Assembly: GCA_002633005.1 (NCBI GenBank)
Contig: NMRA01000380.1
Location: forward strand, 270,645-334,644
Direction: 5' to 3'
DNA: 64,000 bases
Origin: Phoronis australis
Lineage: Eukaryota > Animalia > Phoronida
How positions within the stretch are numbered: position 1 is the stretch's first letter; each line of letters begins with the position of its first letter. Below the pieces are notes generated by a model. The model made no database searches. It was not told where the DNA came from and saw only the letters and a program-made list of their open reading frames with translations. Below, piece by piece: positions 51,001-63,380 of this stretch. The translations under genes were made by a program, and so were the position numbers.

Positions 51001-53194
51001 CATATGCAGGCTGCTGCTCCTCGAATGTGTCAGGAGTTTGGTGTTTTCAGTCATTATGTGCTCTTAAATTGGCCGAGTTGATAATCAGATTTATAGTAGT
51101 TATTAAGCCGAAGTTGTCTCACTCTTGATTCTTGTAAGTTATGTACTGTCGTCACTTGTAGAGACAAGAGTAGAGACAGGAAGAGGTTCCTTGTAGAGAT
51201 TAGTCTTAGATTAGAGAATCGAGACAGTGCCACTCATCTCACTCAGTGAGATTCTCACTGACTCCACTTTATTCCCTTTTTGATTTAAGTCTATTAGGCG
51301 TGCTCAAGGCAGCAACGCACTTTATCGCCTGTGCTGGGCCCGTTCCAAGGGTGGCTCTATCTATGCGTCGCCTGTGCCTTCGGCATACACAGGTATTAGT
51401 GTCACTGGTCATGGTGACAATAACCGGCATTGCCTTGGCATTGTCTCCTACCACAGGCACCTTGTATCAGCCCTCAACGATATACTATAATATTAGTATA
51501 TCATTGATGGCTGATTAAAGGTGCCTGCCTATAACGTAGAATTGTCGTGAGGACTTGATAGGGACCTCAGGGGTCTCACGCTCCACTGATTTATATACAC
51601 TAGCTTGAAAAGGCTTTGCCCAGCTACACATTTTGTGTCACGAAAGAGATAATGATACCTGAAGCTAATGCTGCAAGTACAACTTTTCTCGTTTATCACA
51701 TTGGTGTAGACTCACAGTAGAACTGTGATTTTCTGTTGAGCCCAAACTGTCCGGAGTTGCACCATATACCAACTCCGGACGGTCTCACACGATTTAGCGT
51801 TATGTGTGCTCCTACTGACTGTCTTCATACCAGTTCTTTCTGCTTGTCATGCCTTACTACATTAGTCTTGGTGCATAGCTGTATACTAATTATAGAGCTT
51901 TGCTGTATTTTGACTATAGTCTTCAGCTTCACAGCAGCTAGCTGGCTGGCTAGTCATGCCTTTGGCCTTGTGAGGAAGTTTGTTATTGAGTCAGTTATAG
52001 TCGAGTGAAACACTGGTGATAAACTGGGTTCAAACATTGTAAAGTCAGTGACAGGGGCGTAGGGCCCTCGATTCCTCAATTTTGGGGACCCCTTTGAAGC
52101 ATGCGTAATTCGATCCCCTCGACAAGCCCAAATTTCCCCTCCGATGATCAAATAATACGTTTCAAGGTTAGAATCATTACTGCAAAATGTCAGGTTTGGC
52201 TCCCGGAGGTTTGTCGATAAGGGATGGTGGAGGTGACTGGGGGNATTTGTAATTGGTGGTGACTGGGGGAGGGGCCTGATTGATGGAGTGATACATACAC
52301 AAAGGTGTACATTGCCAGTGTATTACTATACTTCATTCAGTGTTACACCACTACCCGCTGTATCATTTTGTTCTTTGGTGCCCATTATTACCGAAATCCT
52401 CAAATTTTAGTTATATTTGTGTAAAATGAATCTTCCTCAATTTTAAAGTATCCATAGACTTTCTTTTTAAAATGTCCTACATTAGGAGTTGTGTTTGTAA
52501 GTATTTAACAATGGGTGTGAAATATGTCTGAACATACTATTGAATTGGCCACATCTTGTCTTTTAATTTTGCCATAAGAATATATCAAAATTTGAAAGTT
52601 CTGATGAGCTTGTAGTTTTAGATTCACCTTTCAACTCAAATTCAAAAGGACCTAGTTCAGTCTCAATTCCAATACAGGTGGGTCACGGTGATGTTTGGCA
52701 CTCTTCTACAAAATGTACAAATTTCACTATTTATAACCCCAACCTTGTATCAAAATGAGGAAACTTATACTTGATGTGTTAAATATAAAGCAATAAGATG
52801 GTCCCAGATAGAAGTCTCCTTTCTCTTGGAGGCACATTTTTTTCAATGGCCTTGCTTTAGAAATGACGGGCTGGTTTGAGGTATCATGTCGGAAAATATT
52901 TTGTCCATAGATGTTTCTCAAGTTAATCCAAGTTTTTGTTGTCAGAGTTATGTCCCTCTGCGCAATAGCTATTCACTGATTTTGGAAGTATGAATATAGT
53001 TAATTGAGTCGACAAAAACTTGACAAAAGCAAGGCCCAACAAATAACATTGATGAGAAATTCCAGTGGCTTGAAAGAGAGGCTGGAAAATTGCTTGATGG
53101 ATGTTGCAGCATTGTGGGTAAATTTGACTAGATTCGAGTGTCAGGCCGTCCTGTGGGAAAGGATGGGAGCACGGTGGTCATACGTCGCCTGAGC

Positions 53195-53328
53195 CAGGGC
53201 TCGACATAACGAGCTGCAGGTNTTGCGACCTGGCATTTACTAATGCGAGCTGGATTTTGAAAATGCGACCTGGGATTTTGGCTAGGTCGCAAAATGCGAC
53301 CTGGCGATTTTAATAGCGTCGAGCCCTG
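53195..53328. mobile_element. hAT-like non-autonomous element with a 5-bp TSD (hAT5-type), interior probably collapsed at N 53222
   Basis: Perfect TIR CAGGGCTCGAC / GTCGAGCCCTG; TGAGC at 53190-53194 and 53329-53333; internal TGCGACCTGG repeats. Confidence 0.75.
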
Positions 53329-53388
53329 TGAGCACTACTTAGAGTTGCCTGTACCGCAATGAGCCTCTTGTTTTGTAGATTACCTGAG

Positions 53389-53521
53389 ATGGCCAAACTA
53401 GAGCTGTGCCATACCCTCGAGGGTCATCTGGACAGAGTATGGTGTGTGTCCTGGAACCCCACCGGCACGCTCTTGGCTTCCTGTGGAGCTGATAAAGTCA
53501 TCAGGATATGGGGCAAGGAAG
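53389..53521 (+). CDS. CIAO1: CIAO1 (cytosolic Fe-S assembly WD40 protein), first coding exon: [44 protein letters not shown](G)
   Basis: Matches the CIAO1 N-terminal WD40 ([14 protein letters not shown]..IRIWG.EG). Acceptor ttttgtAG precedes 53379; donor GT at 53522; 133 nt, phase 1. Confidence 0.93.
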
Positions 53522-53750
53522 GTATAATTGCAAGCTCTCTAATTAGGATATACATTGAATCATGATTAAGGATGGTTTCAAATCGAGACATTGAAACTTG
53601 AAAGGAATATACGTAACTTTCAGGGTAGTTTTTCTCGTGAAAGTGTTTCTGTAATTTTTGACACCAATAATTTAGTTCTGTAAATAGAACTTGACTTCCA
53701 TTTATTTCAAATTTTGCATATGAGATTCATTTTGATTAGGAGAACAGTTA

Positions 53751-54171
53751 AGGCCCTTTCATACTAACGTCGAAGCGTCGATGTGTCGGGGAGTTGCATT
53801 CAGTATGAACGGATAACTTCTGTCCTGGACTGAAGTTAACAGCACCAGTTAACTTCGCAGTAAACAGGTGGATTTAAGAGCGGAGCGTCGTCACTGCTGT
53901 GCAGTATGAACTGTCAACTTCGGTTCCATCGAAGTTATCGCCAAGTGCCTCTGTTATCGTCAACAATTAAAGGGCAGCGTCATCACTAATAGTTGCTTAT
54001 ATTTTGCTCAAATAATCACCAATCGAATTAAAAATGAATTTTATGTCAATTAGTTCATGTTCCCAAATTGTCCCATTAAAAGAATCTTAGCGTGCAGCGC
54101 TACATTGGGATTACTTCGATGACATTAGCGTTGCAGTTTAGGTCGACGCTGTGCTCAGTATGAAAGGGCCT
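53751..54171. mobile_element. PIF/Harbinger-like MITE in a CIAO1 intron
   Basis: 15-bp perfect TIR AGGCCCTTTCATACT / AGTATGAAAGGGCCT; flanks TTA / GTA. Confidence 0.75.
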
Positions 54172-56368
54172 GTAGATGACCATTGTTTAAAGTAAGCCTA
54201 CGCATAACTTCAGATGCTCATTAGAGAAAAACCTGAAATGTGGGGTTGACTCCAGGTAATTATCATTTGTAATTCATCGTGAATAGACAAATCACTCTGG
54301 CTCAGACAAATCACCCGGGCATTTATTGCGCCATGAACAAAATAATTCTCATTTAAAATCACGTATTTCCAAAGTATTTGAAAATGACAATGAAAAAAGT
54401 AATGCTCTTTGCTATTTTCTTATTTGTTTAGTTTTGTTGTGGTTAAAGATATACAACAAAAATCGTGCCTTCCGCATATGCAGCAGAATACCTAAACAAG
54501 ATTGACCTACTTGAATAATGAGGTCACACTGAACCCATCACTGTAAGCAAATAATTAATTGTGGTTGGATTTTTTTCATTTAAAGACCTTCATTATTGAT
54601 TTTGCATGATAGCAATGAAATGGAAAACATCTTACAATGCCAAGTGGTTGATGTGTTGTTCATCGATAATGCTCACAGAGAGGCTGGATCTTATCAATGT
54701 TACGGTTTGCAAGCCATTGTGCGTTTGGCCAAATTGCTCATGAAAGTTACGCACCAGCATTCATAAGTAATTTATATAACTCTAGTCACCGCACTATCAT
54801 CACTGATTGTCTAGTAGGCTTTTCGTGGAGATTCATTGTAATGAGGAGTATTACGTAACTGTTCTTTCTCACATGCTAATTTCTGAAATGGCGATTTCTA
54901 TGAAATTTTTATTTGATATTCAAAGATAGGACAAGTATGCAAACCATGGAGTCAAACCAGCTTTGAAATTAATGTGAGGGGACATTCGTAACTTTACGCT
55001 TATTGCTATTCTTATTTAGTTGCAAATGTTCAGTTATTCTTATGCTAATGTCTTTGTTGCGTCTCAGTGCACCTTTGTTACGTGGGCATGTGGGCGCGAC
55101 TGTATGTGTCAGACACTTCGCTAGCGACAGGCTTAGGAGAAGGGTGTTTCCTTCCTTTGTCTTCATGAAAATTGATCGTTATCATGTGCAATTGAACTGA
55201 AACGTATGCCTGATGAGATGAAATACACATTTTTGATGTTCAGTGGAGACTTGTTCTGTTACATTATGATTGCCTAGTCTGTGTTTTTTACCCGCGATGC
55301 TAATCATTTCTCCCATATAATTTATCGATCTCATCGCTGTCTGGTTACTGCTAAAGATACTTTTGGCCCATGTTTAGCTATCAATATTAAATTTTTAATC
55401 AAACTGCTTTGAAGTTTAAAATCATCATGATACTCATTCGATCTTGAATTGTTGCCGGCAACTCAGTTCTTGGGCAATACATACATGCGCCATATTTATA
55501 TCTGCCATTTTAGGGTTAGCCAACTCCTATTAAATCTGGAGGAATTTCTTGAGTTACTGGTGGTTTTTATGTTTTTGTTAGTTCTGTAAACAAAATCCTG
55601 TCGTGGTAATGGTTATTATGAGACTGCAGTTTATGAGAGAAAATGACTTAATTCTCTGTTTTAATTTTTTTTTGTTATCCAGCTAAACAGAGCAAAATAC
55701 AGCTTGAAATGAGGCAATCAGTAGCTGTGTTTAGTAGTTTACCGCCTTAGGATTGTATTGGAAATCAATTACAGTTATTCAAGACTTGTCCAGTATCTTT
55801 CTCTTTCATTTAAAGAATATCTGTCCAATGTTGACTTTTTTCACGATTTCTCACATCTTAAAAAAGCTTATTAGTTGTGATGTTGTTTGTGATTATATCA
55901 CTCACATGGTAAAGAAACTGTTACCTGTTGTGTTTTGTGTCTCAAAAATTTCTTTTTTATCCCAGGCAGCGAAAGTTATTTGTAATTATGGCCCTCTATC
56001 CCTCAATTTTGAGGCCAAACGTCTGCCTCATTCCCCTTGCAAAAATGTTAAAAAATCACAAAAATTCTCCTCAAGTCACTGAAAATTTCCCTTGAGGTTC
56101 GAATCACTTGTAACTCACACAGGTGACAATTTGAAAGAACCCAAAGGTTTTGGCTACTTGAGGCAGAGCCTATAAGGGTTTGCAACAGTGGTTGGGGGTG
56201 CTATTGATGGTGATTGGGGGATTAAATTTTCCCCTCACCCTAAAAAAATTCCCTCTCAGAAGGCACAGGCACCTTTTGCCTCTAGTGATCAATTGCCTTG
56301 GTTATAGTCAAGACTTCCTACCAAAAGTCTTAGTGTTTTCCTTCATAAGCTGATTTGTTGCCTTTTAG

Positions 56369-56550
56369 GAGACCAGTGGGTGTGCAAGACCATCCTCCAA
56401 GATGGCCACCAGAGGACCGTCCGCAGTGTAGCCTGGTCACCATGTGGTCAATTCCTGGCCAGCTGTAGCTTTGATGCCACCACCTGCATCTGGGACAAAC
56501 GAGGCGGAGAGTTTGAGTGCATGGCCACGCTAGAAGGACATGAAAATGAG
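56369..56550 (+). CDS. CIAO1: CIAO1 coding exon 2: [60 protein letters not shown]
   Basis: Hallmark [25 protein letters not shown] and TLEGHENE; acceptor ccttttAG, donor GTACGT; 182 nt, phase 1 to 0. Confidence 0.96.
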
Positions 56551-56814
56551 GTACGTATGGTGGTGCTCCACCTCTGGGCGGCACATCATTGGAACAAATC
56601 CCAAGGGGGTCGCTTCCATAGGCTGATGTGTGCCGCCAACTCCATTGTAAATTTTTTTTTGTTTCCCGGGTATCATTTTGGGTCAGTAGTTTGAGTTTGC
56701 AGTATCGTCTCAATGAGTAATACGAGTTTTCAGCTAGCGGGGTTTGCACAGGCACACATGCAGTTTTGCTATTGACTTCGGTACGTTTTTTCATATTTTG
56801 TATCGTTACCCACA

Positions 56815-56925
56815 GGAGGCAGTGTGGCCTAGTGTGATAGGTGCCTACTTTCTTTACTCGAGGTCGCGGGTTTGAGTCCCACTGTGTCACACTGCTAGAC
56901 CCTTGAGTCAGGTTTCTAGTTCGCA
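56815..56925 (+). mobile_element. tRNA-derived SINE head in a CIAO1 intron
   Basis: A box TGGCCTAGTG (56825), B box GGTTTGAGTCC (56869), then CCCTTGAGTCAGG resembling the common post-tRNA SINE motif. No valid cloverleaf. Confidence 0.65.
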
Positions 56926-57373
56926 GCTCGGTTTTAACTATATGTTAATAAAGCATAAAAATGGTTCCAGGTGATCAGCACAATGGGCCCACATGTGCAG
57001 CCTGCTCACGTCTGGTACGTGTACCAGACCGCCTGCAATTTTTTTATATTACCCATTTTCGGTTGTCCCACCAAGCGAACTTTCTGTTAATTTAAGTAAT
57101 ATTTTTGATGATTCTCAGCAACATATGAACTTGGCTTTCTCATTTTCATAAGGTTGTAAGAATTTAAGAAGTTCAGTTTCTTGCAAACTTTCGAAAGTGA
57201 TTTAACCTTAGCATGAGTAATAGTCGCTTAATACTTGCCCTGGTTTGAGAACCAGTTTTCTCCACTGAATAATTGGCATCAAACTGGTTCTCAAAATGTG
57301 TAATCCCTGTAGTTGGCTAGTGCCTTAGCATGTACAATACAGACAAATTCTTGTATCGGGTGAGTTATATTAA

Positions 57374-58993
57374 AGGAGAATGCCACTCGATTGAATTAGT
57401 CTTTTTTTTCCATCTTAATCCATTTATATCCACTTCGCCTCTTATACGGTCGACCTCACCTTTCCGAGAGGTGTCGCGTTAACCTGTGAGGAAGGTGAGA
57501 AGCAATGCAGCAACATCAGTGGTTCGTCTGTAGAGTGAATGCCGCTAAATTGCGGTGCATCGGTTCCCGCTTGTCCGAACTATGAAGCTGCGAAAAAAGC
57601 CGGTATATCGTTTTTTCGACTTCCTCGAAAGCCTGAAATGCTTAGGAAGTGACTCACAGTAGTGAAGAATGAAAGATATGCTGTTAATAGCAAGTATGAG
57701 GATGTGAAACATCTCTGTGTCTGTGACTGCCATTTCGTCAACAGTGATTTCTCTGACGAATTCCGGCTTACCAAAGAACTATCCATACGTTCCGTTGCCT
57801 GTGCATGTTCACGACTCCTCTCTAGTATTTCTTGATCAGTGTATTCCGGTTCGAACTGATAGCCTGTGTATCCTAACGATCCATGTGTGAAGTCTTCGTC
57901 CGATGAGCTCTTGACTAAGTTGGGATTGGCGCCGACGAGTTGCCATGTAGACGTTTATTATTCTGCGTTCTGTTTCAAAATGAATTATTCTCATCCTAAG
58001 ATGATCCTAACCAATGCAGCTTATATGAAACTGAAACAAAGTGTGTCTCATTAGATACAATTTGTAATGCCTTGGAGTGCTGGTGAGTGCATGTTTTGAG
58101 AAGCTAGCAATGAATAAACCACTGCGTTACCGGCTTTTGATGCCGGCAATAAAGGTAATTTACCGGGCACCGAGGCCGTGTGAGCGCATGCTAATTCGGT
58201 GTTTGCTGACAGAAAGCTGTTGTGAAACAATTACTTGATTTTATATGCTAATGTCACATGTTAGCGGAATCTTTATTTAGAAATACAAATACATTATTCA
58301 AATCATTATTATTGTACAACCTTTGCCCTGACGGTCTTTGGAAGGGGAACCCAACTTCGCAGCCCCCGCCAAGTAAGTAGATTTTCAGTTTCGTCACGGG
58401 CTAATTTACATAAATAATTACGTGCACATTATTTCTTTGGCTCTCTATTATATTCTTTCCGTCACGGGCCTGATCGGGCTCTGAGCCACTGGCCGGGATA
58501 ACAAATGTTTTGTGTGTTTAGAACTCAAAAAATCACAAGTATAAACTACACAGATCTAGGTTCTCCTGTCTGTATTTCACGGAAGAATACTTTGAATTTA
58601 TCTTCGAACAGACCCCAAACTCCTGCTATGGACCTTGGTAAATTGACCTGCCGAACTTTGTTGGCTACGGTGTTTCCAAATACCAGTAAATCCGTAACAG
58701 CGAAATAAAACGACACGTTTTTATAAGAACTCGGTGTATTGTTAAGGGTTTTACGTCGCAGTTTGATGATTTATTGGTTTTAAACGATGAATTCAAATGA
58801 TAAGCTGACACCACTTACCCATGTTGTGAAGTGCTGAACAGACTGCATGTGAAACCAATTACGTCATGGGATAATTTCAACACCTCTGTCTGCCGTCAGG
58901 TGTCGGGTAACGCAACCAAACCTGCCGTTATCGAGTAGAACTACTCCATCTAAATTGATACAAAATAGGTTGTTTTTTGGGTGGCATTCTCCT
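57374..58993 (+). mobile_element. Kolobok-type DNA transposon, internally deleted, in a CIAO1 intron
   Basis: 13-bp perfect TIR AGGAGAATGCCAC / GTGGCATTCTCCT, TTAA TSD at 57370-57373 and 58994-58997, and a THAP remnant inside. Confidence 0.85.
57539..57781 (+). pseudogene. THAP-domain pseudogene: MPLNCGASVPACPNY...ISFFRLPRKPEMLRK*LTVV...LCVCDCHFVNSDF
   Basis: Manual translation shows Cys pair, FxLP and CxxHF of the C2CH THAP finger. The conserved Trp position is TGA at 57650-57652. Not in the ORF track. Confidence 0.8.
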
Positions 58994-59060
58994 TTAATGA
59001 CATAAAAAGTGTGTGACTGGTAAATAATTCCAGATATGCATATGTGAACAAAACCAGTGN

Positions 59061-60800
59061 TGTTCACGGTGCCTCTCTAGTATTTCTTGATCAGTGTATT
59101 CCGGTTTGAACTGATAGCCTGTGTATCCTAACGATCCTTGTGTGAAGTCTTAGTCCGATGAGCTCTTTACTAAGTCGGAATTGGCGCCGGCGAGTTGCCA
59201 TGTAGACGTTTATCATTCTGCGTTCTGTTTCAAAATGAATTATTCTCATCCTAAAATGATCCTAACCAATGCAGCTTATATGAAACTGAAACAAAGTGTG
59301 TCTCATTAGATACAATTTGTAATGCCTTGGAGTGCTCGTGAGTGCATATGTTTTGAGAAGCCAGCAATGAATAAACCACTGCGTTACCGGCTTTTGATGC
59401 CGGCAATAAAGGTAATTTACCGGGCACCGAGGCCGTGTGAACGCATGCTAATTCGGTGTTTGCTGACAGAAAGCTGTTGTGAAACAATTACTTGATTGTA
59501 TATGCTAATGTCACATGTTAGCGGAATTTTTATTTAGAAATACAAATACATTATTCAAATCATTATTATTGTACAACCTTTGCCCTGACAGTCTGTGGAA
59601 GGGGAACCTGACTTCGCGGCCCCCGACAAGTAAGTAGATTTTCAGTTTCGTCACGGGCTAATTCACATAAATAATTATGTGCACATTATTTCTTTGGCTT
59701 ACTGTTATATTTTTTCCGCGATGGGCCTGATCGGTCTCCGAGCCACTGGCCGGGATAACAAGTGTTTTGTGTGTTTAGAACTCAAAAAATCACAAGTATA
59801 AACAACACAGATCTAGGTTCTCCTGTCTGTATTTCATGGAAGAATACTTCGAATTTATCTGCGTATGTGCATGGAAGGAACCCTTCAGTTAGTTTCTGCT
59901 TAAGACGAGACACTACAAGTTGACTTGTCAAGCACGTCGTTTTATTTGCCGAGCATGGACTCGCAGAATAATGAACGTTTAGTTCTTTGCAAGATACTCA
60001 AAAATCTTCTCATCTGAGCAAGGAACGAATTGTAACTATTTTTATAGCAGTAAGTGGTCTCAATTGAAATGTGGTTTCTTCGACTAAACGCGAGTTTATT
60101 GCCGCTTTAAGAAAGTTCCTTGAAGGTTTGTAGTAAATTCAATTGGATTGTGGGTAGCACAGCAAGTGAACATTACAAACTGAAGTGTTCATTGTGAGTC
60201 ATGACTGGCACTGCTGATGTAAGGTCATATCTTGGCTGTGAGAAAATAACGTTCAAGGTTTTTGATTAACTTGATATTTTCTTGCACTTTCTGGAATATA
60301 TTCTCATTATTGTGCATGGTGGTTTTGGTAATAAACATTAAAAAAAAATCTTTGAACAGACCCCAAACTCCTGCTACGGACCTTGGTAAATTGGCCTGCC
60401 GAACTTTGTAGGCTACGGTGTGTCCAAATACCAGTAAATCCGTAACAGCGAAATAAAACAACACGTTTTTATAAGAACTCGGTGTATTGTTAAGGGTTTT
60501 ACATCGATGATTTATTGGCGTTAAACGATGAATTCAAGCGATAAGCTGACGCCACTTACCCGTGTTGTGAACTGCTTAGCAGACTGCATGTGAAACCAAT
60601 TACGTCATGGGATAATTTCAACACCTCTGTCTGCCGTCAGGTGTCGGGTAACGCAACCAAACCTGCCGTTATCGAGTAGAACTACTCCATCTAAATTGAT
60701 ACAAAATAGGTTGTTTTTTGGGTGGCATTCTCCTTTAATGACATAAAAAGTGTGTGACTGGTAAATAATTCCAGATATGCATATGTGAACAAAACCAGTG
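59061..60800. repeat. Second (allelic) version of the right part of the Kolobok element and its flank, with ~490 bp extra at ~59861-60350
   Basis: Repeats ~57806-59059 after N at 59060. Same TIR (60722-60734), same TTAA and same downstream flank. Confidence 0.85.
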
Positions 60801-61364
60801 ACATGCTTAGATATGAGTAGAGTTCTATTGTCAAGCGTCTTAATTCCAATCACAATACTCTAAACCCCAGTCCTTACTGTCAAACAGGCAGTCTAAACAC
60901 CAAATGTGTCTAGTGTTGGGTGGGGGTTTCAGAAGTGCTTTTCAGATGTTTAGAATTCTTGGGCCCATTCCAAGAAACCATCTTATTAAGCTCATTTTTA
61001 CTTAAGTCTAAGATTTGTCTGACCTTCCAAATTTTGAAACTTCCTCATCCAATAAGTTAATAGTTAAAATAAAGACAAAGCTTAAGTCAAACATGAGATC
61101 TCTTTCTTGAAACAGACTTGAGACAAATTTTAGTTTTATCGTAAAATTGGCTGAAATTTAAGATTCGTTTTACCTAAGTTAGTTTCCTTAGAACGGACCT
61201 CTGGTACCATGTGAATGATAATGCTTGTAATTTGGAGGTCTGACCACAGTGTGTCTCTGCACATTGTTTTGTAAAATTGCATCATTCTGTAGCTTTCCTC
61301 GTTGTAAAAACATTTTGTTTTTTTGTTCATCTGATCACATTCTTGTGTCTTATATCGTCCTCAG

Positions 61365-61443
61365 GTGAAGTGTGTTGCTTGGGCACGTAGCGGAAGTCTG
61401 TTAGCCACCTGCAGTCGTGACAAGAGCGTCTGGGTCTGGGAGG
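61365..61443 (+). CDS. CIAO1: CIAO1 coding exon 3: [26 protein letters not shown](V)
   Basis: [15 protein letters not shown] hallmark; acceptor tcctcAG, donor GTGAGA; 79 nt, phase 0 to 1. Confidence 0.96.
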
Positions 61444-61507
61444 GTGAGAGCTTCTTGTGCTGACACCGATAGTTAGTTAGTTACAGTGTTTGACACTAAA
61501 CTGAGGG

Positions 61508-61990
61508 GTCAGATGTAGTTCAAATATTTATTTATCGCAGTGAAATAATCACAATGAACGAGTACAGAAGGAACAGTACAGTTCGAATATTTATATATCA
61601 CAGTGAAATTATAATGACAATGAACAAGTACAAAAGGAACAGTGCAGTTCAAATATTTATATATCACAGTGAAATAATGACAATGAACAAGTACAGGAGG
61701 AACAGTGCAGTTCAAATATTTATATATCACAGTGAAATAATCACAATGAACAAGTACAGAAGGAACAGTGTAGTTCAAATATTTACATATCGCAGTGAAA
61801 TAATGACAATGAACAAGTACAGGAGGAACAGTGCAGTTCAAATATTTATATATCACAGTGAAATAATGACAATGAACTAGCACAGAAGGAGCAGTCAGGT
61901 CAAATATTTATATATCGCAGTGAAATAACCACAATGAGCAAGTACAAGAGGAACAGTGCAGTTCAAATATTTTTATATCTCAGTGAAATC
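61508..61990. repeat. ~63-bp minisatellite, ~7.5 units, intronic
   Basis: Unit AACAGTGCAGTTCAAATATTTATATATCACAGTGAAATAATGACAATGAACAAGTACAGGAGG. Confidence 0.92.
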
Positions 61991-62340
61991 TCACCAATTT
62001 AGGACACACTATGGCTGGCAAGGGAAATTTTATTTCTTCACTTTTTTCATAAAAGTGAAGTAGCTCCAACCAAATGCTTTGCACCATAGTTACCATCAGC
62101 CAATGTATTGAGACAGTGTGGGTATTCACAACAACATTAGAAGGCTTTGAAAAGCAAAAAAGGTCAATTTTGACAATTATTTTTTGTCCGAAATTGGTGA
62201 AATTTTTAATTAAGTAGTGCTAGATTAAATCAAAATGTATGCTTACTGTATAATAGTGACCGAAAAAAGAGGGATGACTGTCATATTATTTCATATTCAA
62301 AAACATATAAGTGTCAGTTAATTTCTGCATTCCCAGCAGA

Positions 62341-62384
62341 AGGTCTGAGGTTCATTCCCTGGTAGTAGGACAGTATTTTCAGAC
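62341..62384 (+). mobile_element. tRNA-derived SINE fragment related to 10570-10614
   Basis: AGGTCTGAGGTTCATTCCCTGGTAGTAGGACAGTATTTTCAGAC. Confidence 0.35.
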
Positions 62385-62496
62385 TTGCAGTCTTTGGGTC
62401 ATGTGGTGTAATCTAAGATTGTCATGTACGTATGGTCTCTATCAACATTGATGCCCTGAATTATAATTTATCGATGACACTGTATCGGTCTTTCAG

Positions 62497-62585
62497 TTGA
62501 TGAAGAGGATGAATACGAGTGTGCCAGTGTAATAACAGCACATACCCAAGATGTCAAGCAGGTGTGCTGGCACCCCAACAAGGAG
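62497..62585 (+). CDS. CIAO1: CIAO1 coding exon 4: [29 protein letters not shown]
   Basis: DEEDEYEC..V...HTQDVK.V.WHP hallmark; acceptor ctttcAG, donor GTGAGT; 89 nt, phase 1 to 0. Confidence 0.96.
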
Positions 62586-63046
62586 GTGAGTAACGTCGAG
62601 GAGGTCTTTACGTTCTACAAATATTACGTGTCAGACACCGTTGATGACGTGCTGTTATCACATGTCACATTGTTCTTGATGACCTGTTTACGAACAGCAC
62701 AAAGTTGTCTAAGAGACTAAGGTCGATGTTTTCCGCGTAATGATTTGTGGGAAGGCACTACTACAAACTACGAGAGTGTGTACTGTGTAGGTCATATTGA
62801 TTGAAAATTAATTTGCATTCATTTAATGTATTAAGTGACTGCAATTCAGCCCACGATTGTGCAAGCAGGGAGAAAGGAACATATGTGGTGTGGAGGTCAA
62901 AGTTCAATGTCACCATTCATTTTGTATGAGCAATTTCTAACAAATCTCTGCTCTAGATTAAACACATTCTCGTCAGAGATCTATAAGTTAAATTTTTGTT
63001 CAATGCTTTTGACATCGTGCTGCTGTGAAACGAATACAGCTTATAG

Positions 63047-63256
63047 ATTTTGATGACAACTCAAATGCCTTACGCAATTTGATGGCAACCCAAATGCCAT
63101 ACGCAATTTGATGGCAGCCCAAATGCCATACGCAATTTTATGGCAACCCAAATGCCATACGCAATTTGATGGCAACCCAAATGCCATACGCAATTTGATG
63201 GCAACCCAAATGTCATACCCAATTTGATGGCAACCCAAATGCCATACGCAATTTGG
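63047..63256. repeat. 29-bp minisatellite ACGCAATTTGATGGCAACCCAAATGCCAT, ~7 units
   Basis: Read directly. Confidence 0.92.
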
Positions 63257-63308
63257 TGTGTTGAAACATCACAAGTCGCATGTACATATTGCTTAAAATA
63301 TTTCATGA

Positions 63309-63380
63309 GCGAGTCCTAAGCTTTGGGGAGGGCCTAAGCTAGGCGAGTCCTAAGCTAGGCGAGTCCTAAGCTTTGGGGGG
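63309..63380. repeat. Short GCGAGTCCTAAGCT repeats
   Basis: Three full copies plus a partial CCTAAGCT. Confidence 0.7.

Noticed and set aside
50930-52030. Possible LTR with primer-binding site (TGTAAG at ~51133 ... AACA CTGGTG at ~52010)
   Set aside because: No second LTR, TSD, convincing tRNA complement or gag/pol remnant could be identified; may still be an unclassified repeat.
53359-53388. Upstream ATG extension [10 protein letters not shown] of CIAO1
   Set aside because: It spans a polypyrimidine tract and AG acceptor; homology begins at MAKLEL (53389).
56330-56890. 186-aa minus-strand ORF
   Set aside because: Antisense to a CIAO1 exon and running into a SINE head; no recognisable protein features.
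56815-56890. Additional tRNA genes here and at 10570-10614, 18633-18695 and 62341-62384
   Set aside because: Only promoter boxes or T-arms are retained and no full cloverleaf forms; treated as SINE fragments.
57650-57652. TGA read as selenocysteine or recoded Trp in the THAP frame
   Set aside because: It is a single TGG>TGA transition in a deleted transposon; the position is Trp not Cys, and no SECIS was seen.
61509-61883. Cys/His/Tyr-rich repeat ORFs on both strands
   Set aside because: A 63-bp intronic minisatellite between well-defined CIAO1 exons.
63041-63306. Repetitive ORFs (GCHQIAYGIW...)
   Set aside because: Translations of the 29-bp minisatellite.
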